Source of the DNA: Haliotis cracherodii
Lineage: Eukaryota
Direction: 5' to 3'
DNA length: 64,000 nt
NCBI RefSeq assembly: GCF_022045235.1
Contig: NW_027266343.1
Location: 186,001-250,000 of the forward strand
A program made the position numbers and the translations under genes. Below the pieces are notes generated by a model, which was given only the letters and a program-made list of their open reading frames with translations, ran no database searches and was not told the origin of the DNA. This document shows, piece after piece, positions 11,751 through 25,233 of this stretch (position 1 is the stretch's first letter; each line of letters starts with the position of its first letter).

Positions 11751-14700
11751 ATACCTTTACCCTCTTTCCTTCCTTTTCCCTCCACAATGCCATTTCCTTC
11801 CTTCTCCCTCTACAATGCCTGTCCCTTCTTCTTCTTCTCCCACATCCATCCCTTAACCCTCTTTTCCCCAACCCATCTCTTACTCCTCCTCGACCATACC
11901 CATCCCTTCCTCCTCTACCAAACCCATCTCTTCAACCCCCTCTACCATACCCATCCCTTCCTCCCCGTCTTCCATACCCAACCCTTCACCCTCTTCTACC
12001 ATACCCATTCCTTCCTCCTCTATCACTACCACACCCATCCCTTCCTCCTCTACTAACATACCCATCCCTTCCTCCATCTATCATACCCATCCCTTCCCTC
12101 CCATCTATCATACCCATCCCTTCCTCCTCTACTAACATACCCATCCCTTCCTCCTCCTCCTCCTCTACCATACCCATCTATTCTTCCTCCTCTTCCATAC
12201 CCATCCCTTCATCGTCCTCTACCATACCTATCCCTTCTTCGTCTCACACACCAATCCCTTAACCCTCTTTTCCCCAACCCATCTCTTACACCCTCCTCTA
12301 CAATATCCATCCCTTCCTCTTCCTCTACCAAACCCATCCCTTCCTCCTCTACCATACCTATCCCCTCCTTCTACCTCCTCCTCCTCTACCATACCTATCC
12401 CTTCCACCTCCTCCACCATACCCATTCCTTCCTCCTCCTCCACCATACCCATCCCTTTCTCCTCCTCCTTCTCCTCCTCAACCAAACGCATCCCTTCCTC
12501 CTCCTCTACCATACCCATCCCTTCCACCTCCTCTTCCATACCTATTCTTTCCTCCTCCTCTACCATACCTATCCCCTCCTTCTCCTCCTCCTCTTTCATA
12601 CCCATCCCTTCATCGTCCTCTACCATACCTATCCCTTCTTCGTCTCACACACCCATCCCTTAACCCTCTTTTCCCCAACCCATCTCTTACACCCTCCTCT
12701 ACAATATCCATCCCTTCCTCCTCCTCTACCAAACCCATCCCTTCCTCCTCTACCATACCTATCCCCTCCTTCTACCTCATCCTCCTCTACCATACCCATC
12801 CCTTCCACCTCCTCTTCCATACCCATTCCTTCCTCCACCTCCACCATACCCATCCCTTTCTCCTCCTCCTCAACCAAACGCATCCCTTCCTCCTCCTCTA
12901 CCATACCCATCCCTTCCACCTCCTCTTCCATACCCATTCTTTCCTCCTCCTCTACCATACCTATCCCCTCCTTCTCCTCCTCCTCTACCATACCCACCCT
13001 TTCTCCTCCTCCTCATCAACCAAATGCATCCCTTCCTCCTCCTCAACCATACCCATCCCTTCCACCTCCTCTTCCATACCCATTCCTTCCTCCTCCTCTA
13101 GCATACCTAGCATACCTATCCCCTCCTTCTCCTCCTCCTCTTCCCTTCATCCTCCTCTTCTATACCATCCCTTCCTCCTCCTCTACCATACCACCCCTTC
13201 ACCCTCCTCTTCCACACCCATCCCTTCCTCCTCCTCTACCATACCCATCCCTTCACCCTCCTCTTCTATACCCATCCCTTCCTCCTCTACCATACCCATC
13301 CCTTCCATACCATCCCTTCCTTCCCCTCTTCCATACCATCCCTTCACCCTCCTCTTCCGTACCCATCCGTTCCTCCTCCTCCAATGCCATACCCATACCT
13401 TGCCCCTCCTCTACCATACCCATCCCTACACCCTCCTCTTCCAAACCAATCCCTTCTTCTTCGTATTCCATACCCATCCCTTCATCCTCCTCTTCTATAC
13501 CCATCCCTTCCTCTTCCTATACCATGCCCATCCCTTCCTCCTCCTATACCACACCCATCCCTTCCTCTTCCATACTAATCCCTTTCTCCCTCCACTAACA
13601 TACCCATCCCTTTCTCCTCCTCCTCTACCACACCCACCCCTTCACCCTTTTCTACCATACCAATCCCTTTATCCTCCTCTTCCATACCCATTCATTCCTC
13701 CTCCTCTACCATACTCACCCTTCCTGCTCCTCCCCTCTACAAAACCCGACCCTTCCTCTTCCTCTTCCATACCCATCCCTTCCTCTTCCTCTGCCATTCC
13801 CATCCCTTTCTCATCTTCTACCCTAACCATCTCTTCCTCTTCCTGGACCATACCCATCCATTCCTCCTCCTCTTCCAAACCCATCCCTTCCTCCCCCTCT
13901 TCCACACCATCCCTTCATCCTCCTCTTCTATACCCATCCCTTCCTCCTCTTATACCATGCCCATTCATTCCTCCTCCTCCTCCTCCTATATTATAGCCAT
14001 CCCTTCCTCTTCCTCTTCCATACAAATCCCTTCCTCCTCCTCTACAATACAAATCCTTTTCTCCTCCACTAACATACCCATCCCTTCCTCTTCCTCCTCT
14101 ACCATTCCCATCTGTTCCTCCTCTTCCATGCCCATCCCTTCACCCTCCTCTACCATACCCACCCCTTCCTCCTCCTCCTCCTCCTCCTCTACCAAACCCA
14201 TCCCTTCCTCCTCCTCCTCCTCCTCCTCTACCATACCCACCCCTTCCTCCTCCTCCTCCTCTACTATTCCCATGCCTTCCTCCTCCTCTTCCATACCCAT
14301 CACTTCACCCCCCTCTACAATATTTACCCCTTCAACCTTTAACCTCCTCTTCCATACCCATCCCTTTATCCCCCTCTACAATATTTATCCCTTCCTCCTC
14401 CTCTACCATACCCATCCCTTCCTCCTTCTCGACCATACACATCACTTCCACCTCTTATACCATACCCATCCCTTCATCCTCCTCTTCCATACCCATTCAT
14501 TCCTCCTCCTCTACCATACTCACCCTTCCTGTCCATCCCTTCCTCCTCCTCTACCATACCCATCCCTTCCTCCTACTAAACCACACCCATCCCTTCCTCC
14601 TCCTCCTCTACCAAACCCATCCCCCCCCCCCCACTCTACCATAACCATCCCTACACCCTCCTCTTCCACACCAATCCCTTCCTCTTTTTATTCCATATTC

Positions 14701-15523
14701 ATCCCTTCATCCTCCTCTCCACACCCAAATTCCTCTACCATACCCATCCCTTCCACACCCAAATTCCTCTACCATACTCATCCCTTCCTCTTCCTCTTCG
14801 TTACCCAGCTCTTCCTCCTCCAGAACCATACCCATCCCTTCCTACCCCTCATCCATACCAAATCCCTTCACCCTCCTCTACCATGCCCATCCCTTCCCCC
14901 TCCTCTACCATACCCATCCCTTCCTCCTCTTCGACCATACCCATCACTTCCTCCTCCTCTGCCATACCCATCCCTACACCGTTTTCTTCCATACCCATCC
15001 CTTCATCATCCTCTCCACACCCAAATTCCTCTACCATACCCATCCCTTCCACACCCAAACTCCTCTACCATACTCATCCCTTCCTCTTCCTCTCCACACC
15101 CATCCCTTAACCCTCCTATACCATACCTATCCCTTCCTCCTCCTCTTCGATACTAATCCCTTCCTCCTCCTCTACCACACCCATCCCTTCCTCCTCCTAT
15201 ACAATATTCATCCCTTCCTCCTCCTCCTCCTATACCATACCCATCCCTTTCTCCTCCTCTTCGATACTAATCACTTCCTCCTCCTCTATCACACCCATCC
15301 CTTCCTCCTCCTCCTATACCACACCCATTCCTTTCTCCTCCTCTACCATGCCCATCCCTACACCGTCCTCTTCCATACCCATCCCTTCCTCCTCCTTTAC
15401 AATACCCATCCCTTCCTCCTCCTCCTCCTATACCATACCCATCCCTTTCTCCTCCTCTTCAATACTAATCCCTTCCTCCTCCTCTGTCACACCCATCCCT
15501 TGCTTCTCCATCTATCATACCCA
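11751..15523 (+). repeat. Pyrimidine-rich ~27-bp satellite, array 1 (~3.8 kb)
   Basis: Monomer CCCTT(CCT)nCTACCATACCCAT with variable CCT number and almost no G on the + strand. Confidence 0.97.
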
Positions 15524-15889
15524 TGGAGATGGAGAACTTGTGACCACGTGACACAAAGATCAGTGAAGAGCAGTTTCTTACTAAAAAAGCAAATGGATTT
15601 TGTTTTTTTTGTTTCTCCAAAATCTGGGGGTTTTTTTTGTAAGGTGTCATTTTCGCTATAACCCCTTGACGTCGCCCTCATCAATGTGATGTCTCTTGTT
15701 GAGTGATTGAATACAATGCTGTTTAACGCCGCCATCAGGACCAGCATATACCACGGCATTTACAGACACCGAACATATTCCACGCCAGGGGGTTCGGTGA
15801 CATGCAATCATCCATGTTTTATGCCATTTGATTCTCGGATCTCTGAGGAACAAGCGCTACTATGGATCTCTACTTCTGAATCTCCAGGG

Positions 15890-15980
15890 TGACAGGGTTT
15901 AACGTCGCGTTCAAGATTTTTGCACTTATACGTGCTTGCGTGTTTGTGTGAGACTGCTTGTACGTGTACGTGTGTGTGTG

Positions 15981-16012
<32 letters not shown>

Positions 16013-16299
16013 TGCGTGCGCGTGTGTGTGTGAGTGTTAGTGAGAGACTGTACTAGTCCGAACTAATGCCGATGTTATAGTGCTCGCTGAGATACCATGC
16101 CGTTGTTTAACAAGAATACCCCACTCAGTATACTGAATCCGAGCCGACCAGTCCTTGATTCAGCCCAATAAGGCCGAGCGCCAGGTAGGGTAACAACAAG
16201 TGCCATCTTTTAACGTCTTTTGGTATGACACGGTCGGGGATCGAACTCCGACCTTCCGCTCTCCGGGCAGACGCTCCACCACTCGACCACGGAGGCGGT
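15890..16299 (-). mobile_element. tRNA-derived SINE, duplicated copy of 944-1345
   Basis: A box TGGTCGAGTGG and B box GGAGTTCGATCCC on the minus strand. Perfect 10-bp TSD ATCTCCAGGG at 15880-15889 and 16303-16312. Confidence 0.87.
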
Positions 16300-18005
16300 C
16301 GGATCTCCAGGGCATTACCTGGCTGAGAGAGTTTCATGATCACTGAATGGACCGGCTTACACCACTGTCGCTTTTCCTCATCCATGTCCAATCACGTTTT
16401 TCACAAATGTCCTTTTTAGTGTATCGCCGATCCATCCGCGATGTTTATTGCATGCCATGGTGCAATGACTACATTTATTGTGATGTACGTCTTAGAAGAA
16501 CTGTAAGTTCTGAATCACTGTGTTTGTATTGGTCACAATACACAAGTTGCAGTCATAAAACACATACCTTCTACATGTATTTGGAATGCTGTGTTTCAAT
16601 GTAGATTCTTGGCCTGTATCAGGATCACTCTTAAGGTTTGACGACTCAAGGAATTCCAGCACAGCTTAAAGTGTGAATTTTTATTCTTCTGTAATCTGTA
16701 TTATTTTAGAAAATATATCTAGATAATAAAAAATCTGCGAGTTTCTTTGTACAGCAGCGGCGCGAAATATGCGTATGGAGGGATCGGGGATGTGTGGGTC
16801 TTAATGGGAAAACAAAGCTCGTAATAAAAGTAGGGACATAATGTATGTTTGAATAAAGATATCTTAAAAGGTATATTTTCAGTGCTGTGATAACTTACAT
16901 GGCATTTTAATTTATCTAATTTATTTCGATTCCTTTCAAAATGAAAAACAACAGAACGTCTTTTTTTCATTTTTCGAATGTTGACTTGAAAAACATGTGT
17001 ATGTAGAGATAGTTTCGATATTTAAAGACATTTCCGTTTAGGGATTGAACTTCAGAGCTCATGATATGAACGGCTGAAACACCTCTAATTGATGAGACAG
17101 GCAGAGTTATGTCCCTTGTTTGAATAGCAAAATGGCGCCGCCACTATAGTAACGCTACAGCGGCGACGGCGGATATTTTCCTCGCCGAAAACTGGCTATT
17201 ATCCATGGCTACATATTTCTTTTAAAGGTGAAAATGTAGGCTGTGTATTTACGTTGGAGATAACATATTCCTGATGTCAGAAGAACTTCCTTGACGCTCA
17301 ACCATGACTTAGAAGCTTAGACCTGTCTGACTGCAAGACATTTTAGCAAATTTCATTCACCATAATAAATTTTGCTGCAAGGCATGCGACCTGACGAATG
17401 GGTGGCAGTTCTAAAATGCACAAACAAAAATAATGTCATTCAAAAAAAACCTAAAGAAAACTCTGCTTCATGTATGGATCCGATTAACATTTGAAAATTT
17501 CGCATAAAACTCAAGTAAGGTGATGTTTGAACGATTTGAATCATATTTGTGCACGGATGTCCGCGGATAGAATCTGTGCTTTTCGTTTTACAAAATGCAT
17601 AAAATAGCCTCTATGTATTACCAAGATGTGTGTAAGTCATCTATGAGTACCCATCCTGCGATACATACAAGTAAGTTACGGAAAGGGGCGAGTGGATACG
17701 GATCAACTCGAATCGCGTATTACGGAAAGAAACGAGAGGTTACGAATGAACTTGACAGTTATTTTATTAATTGGACTCACCCAACCTTATACCCCATCTT
17801 ATGAGGAAAGCGGACTCGCCCTTAGTTACCAACATACCGTTGCTAATCGCTTCCTCGAACGTCCGCACATCCTCTATAAATTACGTAACAGACGCATAAC
17901 GGCTTCTTCTTCACTGTATCTCGTCAGTAAGAAACATCGAATAATCTCTCGAAAAATCCTACGCTGTGACCACATATTCCTGAGCTGTCTGCTGAATTCT
18001 TCCTG

Positions 18006-21000
18006 ATGTCTCGGAGACTGGTCTCAGGTAAGTTTTTTTTTTTTTTATCATCCTTTAGATCTACATTAACATATTCAATTATTCTTATTTTCACCAGATA
18101 GTCTAATCACGCTAGATCTACCTGCTGGATACATATTAAACATGTTGAATACGATTTAGATGTTGGAACCAGAATGTATTTCCGTTAATCTTTGTTTTGA
18201 TGACAATCGATGGAAGGAAATTGTAGACATGGTAGAGAAGTTGATTGTTCCACCACTCTTTTTTTAGCGAGTCCCGTGAGAGAGGTATTCGCTTTCTTTC
18301 TTAATATTGGATAACTGGACTGTGGTTACCCCTTATTTTACATTGGTTGGTTAACTTTCGAACAATGTGAAGGTTACCGTTAGGCCTATAATAATTTCGA
18401 GGTGCTGGTGCGTTCCAGCGAACAAATGTTAGACTATGTTATGTCGTGTTCATTCACCACCTATTTATTAGGTCGGACGGGGAAAAACGTCATCCTTTTC
18501 CATATTTTATAAGTGAGGGTAGATCTAAGATTTATACTTTTTGCCTATCTTAAAAAAATGTTTGTACGATGACGGAATATTCAGTGGATGAACGTGTCTC
18601 ATCAAGTCAAATTTACCGCATATATAAACTTATAATGAAAAACAAAGCCTGTTAGGCCTAGAAATTCCGCTCGGAGAACCTTCCAAATTAAGTATTCCTT
18701 GGGAAAGTGACCAGTGAGTGAGTATGGTTCTATGCCCCGTTTAGCAATATTCCAGCAATAAGTGATGACGAAATGCATTATCTGCATGAAAAAAAGCACA
18801 TCTGGAATATGCATACCTGATATGAGGATTGGATTATAAGTGTGATAAAATCATTATTCTTTTCCATGAAGCAAAAGTCAGCCATATTGGAAAGTCGTTT
18901 GACAACGACTGCAGTCAGCATCTACCAATTTCAATCTAGTCTAAATATTATATAAGTTTATATTTATATTATTTTCATTGCCCTCATCACCTTCCACACT
19001 CTCCACTTGATAACTGATTTTCTACACCTTCCCATACCTACTAACAATCCCTCCTTCCCCAGGATCGCGTCCCTCTGGGACACCCAGATCTTACCACCAC
19101 CTCCCTCCCCATGTTCGATCCTCCAACAAGCGTCAGCCAATAGGAGGCGTCTCCCCCCTCAACCGCCCTATCCCCACGCCCCATCGTAAAATCTCCCTGA
19201 ACTGCCAGAGAGACCCGCCCCAGAAACACAAGCCTAAGGCTGTGAAGGTACTGAAATTATTTCAAAAAATAATGACCCACTATATGGCATCAGTGAAATC
19301 AGTTTTAGAGAGAAAAGATGGAATCTATCAAACTGCTGGGCTTTATCATCTGAAAACGTAAACAATCATCAGTAGTTCCTTCACGAAAATAGGGCTTAAA
19401 AAAATCCACTTGTGACCTTTATCCTTTTGACTAGAACACTGTAAATCAACTGAGCAAAAGGCGAAACTACACTGTGTAAATAATTAAATTTAACTTTTGA
19501 TATTATCATGACCTAGAAGTGTCCCTCTGTCAAGAAATCTGCTGGCCGCCCCCACCCCTTGGACTACAGCAAACCCAGCTTTAAACATCCACAGGTAGGA
19601 CCTCAGTCATGGGTGCGGTGACCTCAGAATATCGTTCCCCATAGTGTAGGACCTCCATAAATGACACTGTGGCCTCAAAAATTAACATCAACAATAACTA
19701 ATAATATTTTTTTCAACATAAGTCATTGCAAAACCTTTTCCTGTTGGAGGCAGTTGGCGTTTTTCTTACTTCAAGGTTTTTCTTACTTCAAGGTTATTAC
19801 TGTTGGGTTCAATGGAATTTTGTGTTTTTCTTTCACTGTATACTCTCACAATTTTTAAAACATATTTTAGGAAAGGGGTCTCCGGGTTTGGTACGATGAA
19901 GACAAGGTAAGTACTGTCATTAATGCAAGGACACATTAGCTATGGCTTTATGAGAAGTCTTTGCTTCAGTATTTCTGTATTGTAAAATGAAGCCTCCTTA
20001 GCTCCACATTAGCTTTGGGTAAATTGCAATTGGCCATCCACATGTTGCCCCTTATGGTTCTAATACAATACAACAAACATGTCACGGGTGGTAGACATAT
20101 GCTCAACTCTGCCCTCATCACCAGATGTTCTGCCCATTCTAGGATGACAAGGACTCTCCACGCCTGCATCCCTCGAGCAGGACGAGCCGTCCCACGGAGC
20201 ACCAGGCTGAGGACAGTCTGGTTCCGGAAGATGATCACTCTCCTCATCTGCCTCCTCCCTCAAGGAGGAGCCGCCACACCAAGCTGAAGACAGACCACCG
20301 CATCGAGAACCAGCTGGTTCCAGTCTTTGCCCGGATGAGTCTGGAGGAGGTCTCCAGGTCTGATGTTGCTGCTGCTGCTTCTGCTTCTGCTGCTGCTGCT
20401 GATGTTGCTTCAGAGAATCAGGAGGCTTCTTCACAGAAAGTCAGTAGTTGTTTGATTTAGATTTGATTCTCACTTGCGTGTGTCCAAATGGAAATGTCTT
20501 ACATCTAGTCATTACATTAATGAATGTAATGCTACTCAAGATTTAGCATTGTGGGATATGAGCACTGATGCTTATCTGCAATTATCGACAACAATATTGA
20601 TAGAATCTCTAGTGACCATCATTTACAGCAAGTTTATTGAGAGGCCAAAATTATAGAGATGTGTGTTTGACTCTGCTGTCCTGTTACTATGAAAGCTATT
20701 TTTTGTGTAATATTGAAATTGCTGAATTTTGAGGAGACTGATTTGAGAGCCTGCTGTTCTGCCATGATACAAGCTATGTTGTCTGTTGTAGGCCCAGGAG
20801 TGTTCTCGCAAGAGGAAGCTCGGTGATCTGAAGCAGGAGTTGAGCAACAAGCAGCGCAAGGTGGAAGCCTCCTGTCAGGAACTCCAGGCCATCATTGACA
20901 GGAAGCTGAAGGAGCTGAGACAGGAGATGGTGGAGCTGAAGCAGGAGGTGAAGGAGAGGGAGAGGAAGGAGAGGGCAGCCTTCCAGGTTACCATGGATAC

Positions 21001-21139
21001 ACAGAGTGGCCGACGCAAGGTGTGGAGGAGAAAGCAAGGCAACTCCTCTGCACAGAAGACGTCCACCGAGCCACGCCCACTAAAGAGACTGCCTGACAAC
21101 TCCCATCATTCAGGGAGCACCGAGGCAGCCTCGCAGTGA
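18006..21139 (+). CDS. Spliced gene copy B: 295-aa paralog. Coding exons 18006-18027, 19063-19247, 19871-19906, 20143-20439, 20792-21139
   Basis: Same exon sizes as copy A (22, 185, 36, 348 nt) except exon 4, which is 15 nt shorter in frame within the Ala tract. All splice sites are intact and there are no stops. Confidence 0.85.
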
Positions 21140-21339
21140 CACTTCAGTGGTAAGTTGGAGTGTGCATGTTAGCATTAATATTGTTGAAAGATGGATAGGT
21201 ATATGTCGGTGTCAGTACGTAGTAGAGTGGATGGTTCTATTTATGGTTGGGTGAAATTAGAAATTGTGGGCGAGTGAGAATTTGTATGTTTCAGGTTGAG
21301 TAGATGAGATTTTTTATGGTGGTAGGCTTGGTTGGATTT

Positions 21340-22290
21340 AGAAAGTGGGTGAAGGGTGGTTTTATGTAGAAGCATTAAGTGGGTGAAGTCGTGGTTTTAT
21401 GTAGGTGGTGGTTTTATTCAGGTTGGTTAAGTGGGTGGAGCGGCGGTTTTATGTAGGTGGGAAGGTAGGTCGAGAGGTGGTTTTATGCAGGTTGGTTGAG
21501 TGGGTGGAGTGGTGGTTTTATGTAGGTGGGTTAAGTGGGTGGAGTGGTGGTTTTATGTAGGTGCATTAAGTGGGTGGAGTGGTGGTTTTATGTAGGTGGG
21601 TTGAAACGGTGGATGGATGGATTTATGTAGGTGCATTAAGTGGGTGAAGAAGTGGTTTTATGTAGGTGTCTTAAGTGGGTGGAGTGGTGGTTTTTTACAG
21701 GTGGTTTGAATTGGTGGATGGATTGATTTTTGTAGGTGGGTTAAGTGGGTGGAGTGGTGGCCTTATGTATGTCGGTTAAGTGGGCGCAATGGTGGTTTTA
21801 TGTAGGTTGATTAAGTGGGTGGAGTGGTGGTTTTATGTATGTGGGTTACGTGTGTGGATGGGTGGGTATTTTTTAGGTGGGTTAAATGGGTGTATGGGTG
21901 GTTTTATGTAGATGGGTTAAGTGGGTTGATGGGTGGTTTTTTTGTAGGTAGGTTAAGTGGGTGGAGTGGTGGTTTTATGTAAGTAGGTTAAGTGGGTGGA
22001 ATGGTGGTTTAATGTAGGTGAGTTAAGTGGGTGGAGTGGTGAAAATATGTAGGTGGGTTAAGTGGGTGGAGTGGTGAAAAGATGTAGGTGGGTTAAGTGG
22101 ATGGAGTGGTGGTTTTATGTAGGTGGGTTAAGTGGGTGGAGTGGTGAAATTACGGAGGTGGGTTAAGTGGGTGGAGTGGTGGCTTAATGAAGGTGGGTTA
22201 AGTGGGTGGAGTGCTGGTTTTATGTAGGTGTGTTTAGTCAGTGGATGGGTGGTTTTATGTAGGTGGGTTGAATGGACGGATGGGTGCCTT
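21340..22290 (+). repeat. G-rich ~35-bp minisatellite (copy B)
   Basis: Same consensus as 7670-8850, with different variant monomers. Confidence 0.9.
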
Positions 22291-23349
22291 TAATTAGGTA
22301 GGTACTTTCTGGCAGTAGGACAGTTAGAGGTGTTACTCGATATAGGTAATAAGTCTATGTGAATTGATGTAGAAGAATATTGGAATGTCTGAGTGGCTTC
22401 TGAACATGCTTTCATATTGTGACAGTTGCATGTATTACTGTGTATCTCTTGCCTGCTGTCTGACCTTAATGGTACCTTAATGGTACTGTGACTACATTTA
22501 GCATTGATATTTAGGAAGTCAAAACAAAGTATTCAGATTCGTTGGAGTAGTCGATGGTTGACATATATGACAATGCTTAGATTGGTTTCCCCATGCTATA
22601 GACAGATTGTGTTGGTTGATTCTAGACATATGAGAAGGTTAGTGGGTGGTTATCATTTAGGTGATTTGGTAAGATTGGATTGGATTGGAAGTTGGAAAAA
22701 TGAAATATGAGTTTCATTGTCAGTGTAAAAACTAGATGGATTCATGATTCTATACAGTTAGATTAAGGTGGTTGATGATTAAGACAAGTAAGTGAATGGA
22801 ATAATTATTCAGTTGGCATTAGCAGTTGGGTTAGCAGTGCTATGTTTAGTAGTTGGGTGAATGGATCTATTTAGTGGGTTAAGCTGCGGAATGGTGTCTG
22901 TGCAGGTAACTTTCAATCGTAAGAGTTTGGATGAGCGGCTCAAGTTAGGTTGGTTTAGTGGATGGTTGTGTAGGTTTGTTGGTTCGATGGACTGATGATT
23001 GTCTCTTCATAAATGTCTTCTCCCTCTCTCCTGCCTCACTTAGGTTTATGAATGTCTCTAAATTGTAACCTTTGCTGTAAATATTAATGTACAATTTGAA
23101 GTAGAATTATATAAACAGTAATGTCATCTTTTAGGATCTGAGATCTAAAACAGAATAAACAAGATTTCCTTAAAAAACACTTTTCTGTTCTGTTATGAAA
23201 TCATCCAGCTCAAAGGGCTGTGATGAATATGTGCCAACACAAGTGTAATCAGATCCGTGGTCCTTCGACGTAAATGTTGGTATCATTACGTTCACCCAAT
23301 ATATATATGTCATTATTCACATATATATATATATATGGCTCATATAATT

Positions 23350-24195
23350 ATCCCCCGCCACGAAGTCCGTCACATTTCGTTTCCGGAGCAGATCTTGAAA
23401 ACCGTACCATATTTCTTCACCAAACTTGGCACATAGATAGATCTAATGGTGAACTGGTGCCTTTTGATAGTTTGGGATTTTTATAAAAATTATTTTTGAG
23501 TTTCCATGGCAACGACTTTGATTTAGACTGAAAATGGCGGTAGACCTCGTTTCCGGAGCAGATCTTGAAAACCGTACCATATTTCTTCACCAAACTTGGC
23601 ACATAGATAGGTCTAGTGGTGAACTGGTGCCTTTTGATAGTTTGGCATTTTTAAAAAAGTTATTTTTCGAGTTTCCATGGCAACGACTTTGTTTTAGACT
23701 GAAAATGGCAGTAGTCCTCGTTTCCGGAGCAGAGCTTGAAAACCGTACCATATTTCTTCACCAAACTTGGCACATAGATAGATCTAGGGGTGAGCTGGAG
23801 CCTTTTGATAGTTTGGCATTTTTAAAAACAATATTTTTTTAGTTTCCATGGCACCGACTTTGATTTAGACTGAAAATGGCAGTAGTCCTCGTTTCCGGAG
23901 CAGATCTTGAGAACCGTACCATTTTTCTTCACCATATTTTGCACATTGATAGGTCTAGTGGTGAACTGGTGCCTTTGGATAGTTTTGGATTTTTAGAAGT
24001 TATTTTTCGAGTGTCCATGGCAATAACTTTGAGTTAGACTGAAAATGGAGGTAGTCCTCGTTTCCGGAGCAGATCTTGAAAAACGTAGTATATTTCTTTA
24101 CAAAAAGGCCCAGTGAACATAGTTCACAGGAGCTAATGCATTGCACACACCCGACATGTCATATTGGCGGGGGATGTGAGTATTTCATGCTTGTT
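23350..24195 (+). mobile_element. Helentron/HINE-like non-autonomous element carrying ~4.2 x 170-bp internal tandem repeats
   Basis: Absent from unit A (empty site ATAATTTGCAA at ~9911-9921) and inserted in a T run. Subterminal inverted repeat ATCCCCCGCCA (23350) / TGGCGGGGGAT (24165-24175), followed by a short 3' tail. GTCCGTC remnant near the 5' end. Core repeat starts at 23378, 23548, 23719, 23890 and 24059. Confidence 0.75.
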
Positions 24196-24500
24196 TGCAA
24201 TTGATGAAGTCATCTGATATCCTGTGAGCTGCATCTGAGACATCTTCAGTTTCTGTTAACACAGTCTCCCTCTACCATTCCTCCGGCTTAATTTATAAAA
24301 CATTATGCAGGATGCACATATACCCCTCAGGATACCGTGACAACAAATTTATCTTGCTGACGTGTTTCATTCTGCCTTTGTAAAAGTATTAGATAAATTG
24401 AAAATCTACAGAAAGGAGCTGTTCAAGTGAGCTGAACTTGACTTTCATTGACTTGTCAACAGCTTGCAGATTTTCCATTTGTAGCGGGGTATGAGTGATG

Positions 24501-25233
24501 TATTCTCCCTCTCAGAAATCCGTGTGCAGCCTGTTTTCCTCGTAGCTGAGTATAAGGGATTTATTCTCCCTCTCAGAAAGCCATGTGCAGCCTGTTTTCC
24601 TCGTAGCTGAGTATAAGGGATTTATTCTCCCTCTCAGAAATCCATGTGCAGCCTGTTTTCCTCGTAGCTAGGTATAGGGGATTTATTCTCCCTCTCAGAA
24701 ATCCATGTGCAGCCTGTTTTCCTTGTAGCTGAGTATAAGGGATTTATTCTCGATCCCTCTCAGAAATCCATGTGCAGGCTGGTTTCCTCGTAGCTGGGTA
24801 TGAGGGATTTATTCTCCCTCTCAGAAATCCATGTGCAGCCTGGTTTCCTCTTAGTTTGGTATAAGGGATTTATTCTCCCTCTCAGAAACCCATGTGCAGC
24901 CTGTTTTCCTTGTAGCTGGGTATAAGGGATTTATTCTCCCTCTCAGAAACCCATGTGCAGCCTGGTTTCCTCTTGGCTGGGTATAAGGGATTTTTTCTCC
25001 CTCTCAGAAATCCGTGTGCAGCCTGTTTTCCTCGTAGCTGGGTATAAGGGATTTATTCTCCCTCCCAGAAAGCCATGTGCAGCCTGTTTTCCTCGTAGCT
25101 GAGTATAAGGGATTTATTCTCCCTCTCAGAAATCAATGTGCAGCCTGTTTTCCTCGTAGTTGGGTATAAGGGATTTATTTTCCCTCTCAGAAATCCATGT
25201 GCAGGCTGGTTTCCTCGTAGCTGGGTATAAGGG
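24501..25233 (+). repeat. ~60-bp minisatellite (copy B, ~12 units)
   Basis: Same monomer as 10251-11440. Confidence 0.93.

Larger units (their letters stand above)
575..15525 (+). repeat. Tandem segmental duplication, unit A (~14.95 kb)
   Basis: Sequence starting GAGATGGAGAACTTGTGACCACGTGACACAAAG at 575 recurs at 15526. Colinear similarity (SINE, promoter, exons, G-rich minisatellite, 60-bp minisatellite, CT satellite) continues through the unit. Confidence 0.95.
15526..25233 (+). repeat. Tandem segmental duplication, unit B (non-satellite part; runs into the expanded CT satellite)
   Basis: Colinear copy of 575-~10750 with indels. It lacks the SINE at 1838-2102 and the segment 3924-4966, and carries an extra element at 23350-24195. 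Confidence 0.95.
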
